A stretch of 64,000 nucleotides of DNA from an uncultured Bacteroidales bacterium (GTDB taxonomy: Bacteria > Bacteroidota > Bacteroidia > Bacteroidales > UBA10428). The translations under genes and the position numbers were made by a program. The stretch lies in the NCBI GenBank assembly GCA_963717995.1, contig CAVQXX010000015.1, positions 4,613 to 68,612 on the forward strand. Reading direction: 5' to 3'. Of the stretch, positions 54,136 to 64,000 are shown one piece after another; within the stretch, counting starts at the first letter, position 1, and every line of letters begins with the position of its first letter. The notes below the pieces were generated by a model. The model searched no databases. It saw only the letters and a program-made list of their open reading frames with translations, and had not been told where the DNA came from.

Positions 54136-54161
54136 TTGCCGTTGGCTTAAGCCAACGGCAA
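54136..54161. repeat. 26-bp perfect palindrome, REP-like
   Basis: ttgccgttggcttaagccaacggcaa is its own reverse complement. Confidence 0.85.
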
Positions 54162-54165
54162 CAAA

Positions 54166-55043
54166 TTATTTTACAAATTCTGCTTTGTTCAGGTAATCAT
54201 AAGATTGCGCAACACCTGGAAATGGGCCAACTGTGTATTCTTCACATTCCACAACCGGGTATTTCATGCCTGACAATTCTGCATTGGCAAATATGGTTTT
54301 GAAATCCATTGTGCCGCTTGCACCTACTTCTTTAACATCTTTTACATGCCAGAGCTCAAAGCGTTTTGGATATTTGTTGAAATAGGCAATGATATCAGCT
54401 CCACCTTCTTGTGCCCAATATAAATCAATCTCGAAAGTTACCTTTGATGAATCTGTATGGGTGATCATATAATCATAAATAACCAGGCTTCAATCTTGTT
54501 TAAATTCCTCGGAATGGTTATGGTATCCGAATTTTATTCCTTTGGCAATACATTTTTCACCTACAGCGTTGAAATAATCGCAATACCTCTGTAATCCTGC
54601 AATTGACTGGTAACCAACACTGAGTCCATAAATGGTTGAACAATATATTTTACACCAAGTTCAGCATGAGCGGCAATACAGACATCCCACCATGCCATTA
54701 CACTGTCCCATTTTGCTGAGTCGGGAACGGGCTGGCCGGTATGTGAACTGATGATGGTCATTCCATTCTTTTCGATGAGTGCTTTGAAATCAGCCGGAGC
54801 CATATTGTAAAACTTGCCATCACCATAGCCGGCAGGTTCAACAAATGCATAACCGGTTTTTCCAACGAACTCAACGGCTCTTATCACACCTGCACTTACC
54901 ACACCTGAATCGGTTTTCATACTATCCCGCAGGGAATAAAGCTGTAAGCCAATATTCTTTTTCGTACTCTTTGTGCAGGACATGGGTACAAAAGCTGCTG
55001 CAATCAGCAACACAATCAATAAATTAAATGCTTTTTTGTTCAT
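54166..55043 (-). CDS. Sugar phosphate isomerase/epimerase (TIM-barrel) lipoprotein (frameshifted)
   Basis: Lipobox PMSC; IGLQLYSLRD, FEIDLYW, WHVKD and VE.E motifs. Confidence 0.87.
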
Positions 55044-55347
55044 AATAAATTAATATTTTTTAGACGGGCCTAAGTTATCTATTTTTTTTTCATCTTCTGC
55101 CTATATCCTGATTTAGTCACTTAAAAAATGACGTTACAATGTATAAATCAGCCCTTCATAAAAATCGCGCCTTTTTAATTCCTACCTTAATTGGTTACAT
55201 TCGTAAAAATATAGTCAGGCTTTAATTTAGCCGATCCTCAGAAAAGGATATATGTATATTTATATGAAATAGTTAATAAGTTGTGGCTTAATTTTTTTTT
55301 TAATGTTACCTGATGTTTTAACTTGCCATCGTCCATAATTTGCACCT

Positions 55348-58300
55348 ATGATGAATAATTCTACTACCAAAATCCTTCTTTTTTCGAACGTATGGATTCT
55401 CAAACGGTTAAAGCAGCTCACCTTTGTTCTCACCATATTACTGTTTTCCGGAAGCGCTTTTAGCCAGACCAGCTGGTATAGCTATCAATCCGGTAACTGG
55501 ACCGACTGGCGCACATGGACCACAGATCCGTCCGGAACCACGCTGATCAATCCAACGAGTACAACTCCTTCGTCTGCAATTAACAATACCGTGGTCATAC
55601 TCAATGGCCGCACGGTCACTATTGCAGCCGCAGTACCCGCCATCACAACCACTTCTTTCACCATTCAGGAGGGTGCAGTCCTTGACCTGACGACCAATAT
55701 CAATGCGCATGTATTCGGTACATTAAGTGGCTCCGGAATGCTTCGGCTGGCCACAGCTGTTTTTCCTGCCTTTGCAGTGGGAGGCAGTTTTGTCTCTGCC
55801 GGCGGAGGTACTGTTGAATATTACGGACTCGCCGGAGGTTTTACTTTGTCACAGCTTACCTATAACAATTTAATACTGAATATAACCAATACTGCCGACG
55901 AAGCGTTTTACGATAATGCTACAGCGCTGATTATTAACGGAGATCTCACTTTACGAAAAGGTACTTTGAGGATCGGCCGGAGTGCTGCCGGTGGTGCAGC
56001 GAGAACTGTAAGGGTATTTGGCAATACTGTGGTGGATGCTACCGGACAAATTCTGGTAGGGGCACAAAATTACAGGCACCAGATATACCTGAGCGGAGAT
56101 TTGACCAATAACGGGATCGTCAGGTTTACCACCCTTGCAGCGGAACTATATAACGCAAATCCGGGAGCCGCTGTTGGTTATTCCGATGTGATATTTGACA
56201 ATGGACTTAAAGACCAGTATGTCACATGTAACAATACCACTAATTTTTATCGGATCCAGGTTTCAAAAGGAACTGACCAGACGTATGTTTTAAATATTGA
56301 TGCCAGTAACAGCGCGAATTTTCGTCTTATGGGGCGAAATGACCAACAGGATTATGACCCAACTCCACCTGATCCTCCTGCGTTATCTAACCCGAACGCA
56401 TTGGGTATCCTGTCAGGAACCTTGCGGCTTGGCCAAAACATCGTAATTCCGTCACTAAGTACCAATGCCTACGTTCTTGATGAGGACGCCGGCATCTGGT
56501 TTGACGGCTCCACTGTTACCATGAATTCTGTTACTGCATACAGTGCATTATTTGCTTATGGTACTGTGCGATTTTCATCTAATTGTCAGGCTACCTTTTT
56601 GGGACAAATAGGTCTTGTGCTGAGGGAATCAGGGAATATAATTATTGAGAGCGGAAATATTCTTACCCGGTCGTGCCGGACGTCGGTTTTGGCCGGAAAT
56701 CCTCATCGCGGAGCATTTAAGATATACGGAGGCACGTTAACCCTGGGTTCGTATGACGTTTCAGGAGCCACTACCCAGCATGCTACTTTTTCAATTGCCT
56801 ATCCCGAGAATGTTTTTATAATGACCGGAGGTACGATTGATATTCAAACCTCATTTGGCGGGGGCGGCGCAGCCAACAATTTCAGTTTAATGCTGGGAAG
56901 CCTGCCAAAAAACATTGAAGTCACCGGCGGGACCATCAGGATCAGTACAACGCCCAGGCTCGCGTATATGAATTCAACTGTTCCGCTTCCCAATCTCGAA
57001 GTATATGGTACTGCCAACAGCTTTCAGGTTAGGGGAATAGCCGGGATTACAGCATTAATCAATCCTCTTCCCCTTGTAGTGCAACAAAACTTCACATTGC
57101 AGAACACGGCTTTATTTAACAATACCCAGAATGTGAATGTGCAGGTGGGTGGAAATTTCAATATTCTTACCGGTACAACCTATACCCCCGGCACCAACAC
57201 CACCATTTTCAACGGAACAGGATCCCAGACACTCGATATTCAGGGTACCATCAGTGGCAATCTGAATAATCTTACCTTGTCCGGTGCATCCAGCCTCACT
57301 GTGAACAATGCCAGCGCGGCCACACCGGTCATCGTGAGAGCCAATCTCCAGATTGACGCGGGTTGTACATTGAACGACAATGGCCGGATCATTGATGTAA
57401 GGGGAAATATCACCAATTCAGGGACCCATTTTAAACCTGTAAGCGGAGCCGGAAGTATTCAGCTGACCGGCGTGGCAAACCAGGTGATATCAGGCAACGG
57501 ATCGGGGAAATTCAATAACCTCACCCTGAATAAAACAGGTGGAACAGTAGCGATGCAATCAAACATGACCGTTACGGGAGAGCTTCGCCTTGCCAATACC
57601 AGTGCCCGTTTGAATATAGGTACGAGCAACCTTTTACTCACCGCAACCGGCGATGTGTATGATAATATTTCAGGTACGGGCAAAACATTTGACCAGAGCC
57701 GGATGATCCAGACCTCCGGTCTTATGTCGGATGGTGGTGTGAGCAAAGTCTATTCCAATACAACTGCCTATGTATTCCCATTTGGCTTTTATAACAGTGC
57801 CAATGCCACCTATTACTATATGCCGGCTTCCATACGATTCAGCAATGCCCCGGCTGCTTATGGCACTGTAACCTCACGTCCTGTCAATTCAAGGCATCCC
57901 CTTGCACAAACCACCAATTCCCTTTCCTGTTATTGGAAAACAACCCAAAGCGGATTTTCGGGTGTACCTGCTGGTTCAGTCATCCATAACTATACCTATG
58001 ATGCAGCAACTAACTATTTTGTTGGAGGTGGCGCTGAAAACGCTTACATCCCTGCGGTTTTCCGGAATAATGCATCCAATTCCTGGACTTCAATCAATAA
58101 TCCGGTTTTAGTCAATGAGGGATCCAACATTGTTACTTATGATACCGCATTTACAGCGGATGGCGAATATACGGCGGGTGAATCCAATGCCTTTGCTTCC
58201 ATTCCAATTTTATACAGTACCGGTACAGACGGTGACTGGAGCCATACGGCAACGTGGTCGTCTGTGGCAGTAGGCGGACCGGCCGGAACAAGCGTACCTG

Positions 58301-61300
58301 ATGCAAATACAATTGTAATCATCGGAGACGCAACCCATAATCATACTGTGGTTATTTATCAAAATGGCAAGGTATGCGGTAGTCTGACAATTTTTGCAAA
58401 CTCGGTTCTTGACCTGAGGAATTATACAGGCCATAATTTTGAGGCCCTTCCTGAAAAAGGAGTTACAGGTACCGGAACCATGCGCATTGCGTCGAACAGT
58501 TATTTTCCGCGGGGTGACTTTGGTGAATTCATTGGCGAAAATGGAGGAACCGTTGAATATTATACACTTACAGGGGCCAGTATTACGATGCCCTTAACGT
58601 CTGATGTTACAGGTCTGGTTTTAAACCATTATTATAATCTGAAGATGAGTCCCGTTTCGGGAACCTGGGTCAGCTTTCCCAATAGTGACCTGACCATTTA
58701 TAATGACCTGACCAAATCAGATGCCGGTGAAGCCATTACGAACACTATAGCAATACATACAATCCAGGTTAATCATAATCTGAGCGTGGAAGCCGGAACA
58801 TTCCTTTTTCAGAATACAAATATCCAGACAGTCAAAGTCCTCAATAATTTAATTGTAAATGGATCATTTACCGTGTTAAGCAGTGCCCCCGTCAACCACA
58901 TCCTGGAACTATTCGGCGATCTTTCAGGCACGGGTACTTTTGATGCCAGTGTAACAAACGGGCGGATACTGACTTACTTTAAAGGATCGACCAATACGAG
59001 CATCAGCGGTGCTGCCAAAGATTTCTATTCCCTTGAAGTAAACAAAGGTACGGATCAGACACCCGTACTAAATGTCAGGTCGAATATTACCACGTCATTT
59101 GATCCGGCTGTCAGACTCAGGAACGGAACCTTCAGGATCAAGCAGAGTACTTTCAATCTTTCAACCAACCGGAGTTTTACCATTCCCGAAACCGGTTGTT
59201 TAAGTATCGACAGTGTGGCCAATGTCACTGTTTCCAATAACAATGGCAATGACAGTACGCTGTTCCTGACCGGTAAGCTCGAAGTTCTGGCAGGCACCCT
59301 AAACGTTGGTAACATGGGGAATACCCGAAGAAATTGCATTGAATATTCTTCCGATGGTGTACCGACAATTGACCTCGTGGGTGGTATATTAAATGTAAAC
59401 GGTCAGATCAAAAGAAATTCGCTTACCACACAGGGATCCCTGAGATTTTCTCAATCGGGCGGAGTACTGAATATTTATGGTAAGGTTTCGGATAACACCC
59501 GGGCTAAATTTGAAATATGTAATGATAACAGTTCATTCACTTTTAGCGGGGGAACGATCAATATATACCGCGGTGCAGGAGTTGATTTCGGAGATCTTTA
59601 TCTTAGGCCTTCCGGCAGTTCGGTGACCGGCGGTACCATTAACCTGGCGCCCGGATCAGCTATTGGCAGCCAAACCTATAATATAGACGCAACCTGCAAT
59701 TTGCACCACCTGAATATTACCAGCTTCAATGCGGGTAATATTGCCACCGCAAGGATCATGGTGAATCCATTGATACTCACGGGGGATCTCAATATCGGGA
59801 CTAACAGCAGTACATTGAACTGTAACAATAAAAACGTCCTGATAGCCGGGAATTATACAAATAATGGCGTCTATACTGCCGGAACAAACACAACCACTTT
59901 CAATGGAGGCAACACCCAGACAGCAACATTTGGTGTGAACACCCTCTTTAAAAAAGTGGTTATCGATAAGACCGTTGGCACAGCAATTACATTTTCAAGT
60001 CCGGGTGCATTCCAGCCCACCATTAGCGATACACTTGCGATCAGCCAGGGTACCCTTACCAATGCAGGAGCCCTGAACATCGTGTTGCAGGGTGATGTTA
60101 TCAACAATGGGATTCATACTTCCACCGGTGCAGGTAGTCTTCTCCTGCAGGGAACGCGCAACCAGGTCATTTCAGGTAATAATTCCGGCCAGTTCGGTAA
60201 TCTGACCCTTGCCAATGGTGCAGCAAACGGAGCCACCCTGGCTGCGGATGCCACTATTAACGGCGCGCTGACTTTGACGACAGGTTATCTTTATATTAAC
60301 GATTTTCTGCTGACACTCTCCTCATCATCCTCTATATCAGGAACTCCCGGTGTGGCAGGCAACCGGAACTGGATCATCACAAATGGTGTACTCAGCGATG
60401 GAGGTGTAAAGAAAATATATCCGGCTGTTTCCGGAACATCATTTACATTTCCAATGGGTGTAGCCGGAAAATATACGCCTGTGACTTATGCAGTTACTTT
60501 TGGAACACCGGGCAGCATCACACTGAAACCGGTGAATATAAAAATACCATCCCTCACCGATGCGCTTTCGAATGAGCTGCAGTACTACTGGAATGTTTCC
60601 AGTTCGGGGTTCGGTGGGATGACCTCTGCAACCCATACCTATACTTACCTTCAGAGTGATGTTACCGGTAATGAAGCCATCTATGTTGGAGCGAGATACT
60701 ATACCAACATATGGACAAACCTGGGTACAGGGGTTATAAATACGGGTGCCAATACGATCTCCTTCACACAGAATTATATTGATGGTGAATATACCTGCGG
60801 GGAACCGCCAAATTTCCTGACCAAGCCGGTCTATTACAGTTATAACCTGGCCCCGAATATCACTACATTACCGGTGCGGACTGGAATGTAGCCGGTTCAT
60901 GGGCAACCGGCGGACATGGTGGACCAGTAGCTACCGTTCCGCCCGATGGGAACCCGGTCATCATTGCTTCCGGTCACCGGATCAATGTTACAACTGACGA
61001 CAGATCGGCCTATTCTGTACTTAACGGAGGTACCCTCAATCTTAACAATAAGGTTGGACTTAACTTCGGACATGTAAGTGGTGCAGGCCGCATCATTATG
61101 AGTAATACAGGTTTCGGCCAGTTTGTATTTCCCGGAGGTGATTTTACCGACTTCATGAATACCACCGGAAGTACTATTGAATACAACGGAGCCTCGGGCG
61201 TACTGAGTAATATTTCACCCATCATAAGAACTTACCAGAACCTGGAATTCACCGGACCCATAAGCAAGACCATGTCCAGCATGAATATCCTGGTGAAGGG

Positions 61301-64000
61301 TAGTCTGCTTATATCGGAAAGCCAGCTGATCAATTCGGTATACAACAAAAATATAACGGTGTGGGGCAACTGGACGGATAATGTTGCATCCGGATTTGTT
61401 CCCGGCACAGGAATGGTTTCTCTTGAAGGAACATCGCTTCAGACGATCAGTACAACATCAGGTCCTGAACATTTTTCAAGGTTAAGGATCAATAACCCGG
61501 CCGGAGCTACCCTTTCAGGTTCAGCCGAAGTAGCAGGATGGTTATACCTAACCAATGGAAGGATCAATACCAACGACGCAAATTTGCTCACCATTACCAG
61601 CACCCTGGCCAACCCTGTAACAGGCGGAAGTGATGCATCCTTTGTAGATGGTCCGTTAAGCAAACAAATAATTGCAGGACAATCATTCAACTTTCCTGTA
61701 GGAAATTATAACGGCGCATCTGCCAAACCAGCCCGGTACGGAAATATCCTGGTTTCAGGCGTTAATGCAACCAATTACTGGAAAGCACGGTATGTGAATG
61801 CGGATCCGGATGGAACCTACAGCCGGTTAAATCTATTATCCCCGATCACTTCAGTAAGTAACAATGAATACTGGATAGTCAACCGACCGGGCGCAAATAC
61901 GGCAAACATACGTCTTCGCTGGGACGCTGCCAGTTCCATTGCCTCAGTGGCTTCAACAAGGGTAACCGAATGGGTCACCAACCAATGGGAAGAAAAGGGC
62001 AGCCTGGTCAGCGGATCCCTGTCATCAGGGACAGTGGCCACAACAACACCTGTTTCTACAGATGATTATGTATTTACACTGGGAGTAAGCGGTGTAACAG
62101 CCAGGATCAATAGTGTCAGTCCGGCCACCATCTGCAATAACGGTGAAGTAGTTACGGTATCGGTCACTTTAACCGGAACACCCAACTGGACGCTCACCTA
62201 TCTGGCCGGAACCAATAGCTTCACCCAATCAGGTATTGGTTCAGGTACCTATAATATTCAATTAACAGGTGCCGATCTCGGTGGTCCGGGCACACCGAAT
62301 ATTCAACTTATCGCTGTTTGGGATATTACTGGTCCCGGTGTTGTAGACGCATCCTTATTCCCGGTGGTTGTAAAGCCCACCAGTATTCCGGATATCCAGG
62401 GAACCTTTACAGTAGGCGCGGCTGAAATAAGAAATTTCAACACAGCCAGTAATGCCGGAAGCTCCTATGCATGGAGCTGGCAGGGTGCAAGCGGAGGCAC
62501 AATTGCCTCGCCCGCTGCAGATGCAACCAATATTACAATCACAACTCCCGGATCATTTCCGACCGTTTACCAGCTGCAGGTCGTTGAAACAAGCTCCAAC
62601 GGATGTGTGGCCCAGGATGTGCAGGCCATTACTGTTGTGAATGCCCCGTCACCAGTCATTTCACCCGGTACGGCAAACCAGTGCCAGGGCAATGTGGTCA
62701 ATTATTCAACGCCACTTGTAGGCACACATACATATGCTTGGACGGTCGTGGGTGGCACACCGGTATCAGGCACCGGGAATACCATATCCGTAACCTGGAA
62801 TACCGTGGGTAATGGTTCGGTAACAGTAGTTGAAAATAATGCAGGAATTACAGGCACCGATGTTGTAAATGTGGTGGTAGATCCTCAACCTTTGATCGGA
62901 CTCACAGTTTCCGCACCGTCTACCGTTTGCTACGATAACATTGCCATTGTTACAGTGGCCGGTTCAGAATCAGGTTTCAGCTACCAGTTAAGAGATGGCG
63001 CTATTCCCATCGGCAGTGCCAGTGCAGGCACCGGTGGAAATATCGGTCTTTCATCCCTTCAGCTGACAGCACCCACAACTTTTAATGTATTGGCATACAA
63101 TAATGGCTGCAGCAGCCAGCTTACACAAACGGTAACCGTTAATATCAGCGATCCTGCTGCTCCAACGGGTACGGCTTCCCAGTCATTCTGCGTCATCAAT
63201 AATCCAACGATTGCCAGTTTAACTGCAGTGGGAACTGCCATACAATGGTATGCATCGGCAATTGGCGGAACACCGCTACCTGCAGGTACTGTCCTTTCAG
63301 ATGCAAGCAGTTATTATGCCAGCCAGACTATCCTCGGTTGCGAAAGCCGTAACCGGTTTGCCGTGGCAGTCACTGTAAACAACCCGGCAGCCCCGACAGG
63401 AAGTGCAACACAAAGCTTCTGCGCAATCGATAATCCGACGGTCGCTAATCTTACTGCTACAGGCACTGCCATTAAGTGGTACAGTGCTGCCACCGGCGGA
63501 ACTGCCCTGGTAACGACAACAGCCCTTGCAACAGGTAATTATTACGCAAGCCAGACAGTCGGGACGTGTGAATCAGCCCTGCGATTTGCCGTGGCAGTCA
63601 CGGTAAACAACCCGGCAGCCCCGACAGGAAGTGCAACACAAAGTCTTCTGTACAATCGATAATCCGACAGTGGCCAATCTTACCGCTACCGGCACTGCCA
63701 TTAAGTGGTACAGCGCCGCAACCGGCGGAACAGCCCTTGTAACGACAACGGCCCTGGCAACCGGCACTTATTATGCCAGCCAGACGGTGGGAACCTGCGA
63801 GTCGGCCCTGCGTTTTGCCGTGGCAGTCACGGTGAACAATCCGGCAGCCCCGACAGGAAGTGCAACGCAAAGCTTCTGTACAATCGATAACCCGACAGTC
63901 GCCAACCTTACCGCTACCGGCACTGCCATTCAATGGTACAGCGCCGCCACCGGTGGAACAGCTTTGGTTACAACTACGGCCCTTGCAACCGGCACCTATT
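55348..64000 (+). CDS. Giant secreted surface protein/adhesin (>2800 aa), probably T9SS cargo; frameshifts near 60868 and 63644; runs off the window
   Basis: Signal peptide (AFS-Q). ORFs 55348..60891 and 61098..63662 join through [15 protein letters not shown] after a 1-nt shift. T/N/G-rich beta-repeat composition, then Ig-like repeats. Confidence 0.85.
63150..64000 (+). repeat. Intragenic ~228-bp (76-aa) Ig-like tandem repeats
   Basis: Units start at ~63150, 63381, 63609 and 63838 ([31 protein letters not shown]...YYASQT). Confidence 0.92.

Noticed and set aside
63150-64000. Regular repeats as a CRISPR array
   Set aside because: 228-bp coding units with synonymous variation, no unique spacers and no cas genes. 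The short heptamer arrays elsewhere also lack spacers.

Overview
The window has two unrelated parts. Bases 1-~6600 are very high-GC actinobacterial-type DNA: an Ada/AlkA regulator, an MFS transporter and a circularly permuted ATP-grasp / alpha-E / transglutaminase operon. At ~6600 the sequence switches abruptly, in the middle of two genes, to AT-richer Bacteroidota (probably Bacteroidales) DNA, which is most likely a chimeric join. The Bacteroidota part holds: a Wzy-dependent polysaccharide locus with two ST-grasp paralogs and an asparagine-synthase-like ligase; T9SS cargo genes; a RelE-type TA pair; a pheA-DAHPS/CM-aroB-aroD-aroC-tyrA operon under a Phe/Tyr/Trp-rich leader peptide and attenuator; nth, uvrA, an ECF sigma factor and mdh; carbohydrate genes; and a giant (>2800 aa) repeat-containing surface protein that runs off the right edge. 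The best candidate for an undescribed system is at 34.0-43.1 kb. A Crp/Fnr gene faces away from an operon encoding an enlarged DUF4212 protein, an ActP-like solute symporter, a TPR-like protein and a DcaP-like porin. That operon converges on a metallophosphoesterase plus a membrane sCache_2-PAS-PAS-CBS-DUF294 nucleotidyltransferase, which suggests a carboxylate-sensing nucleotidylation writer/eraser switch. A 64-bp direct repeat of the nth 3' region brackets this block. Many genes carry single-base frameshifts that look like long-read errors. No rRNA, tRNA, CRISPR array, integrase or transposase was recognised. All domain calls come from motif recognition by eye, not from searches.
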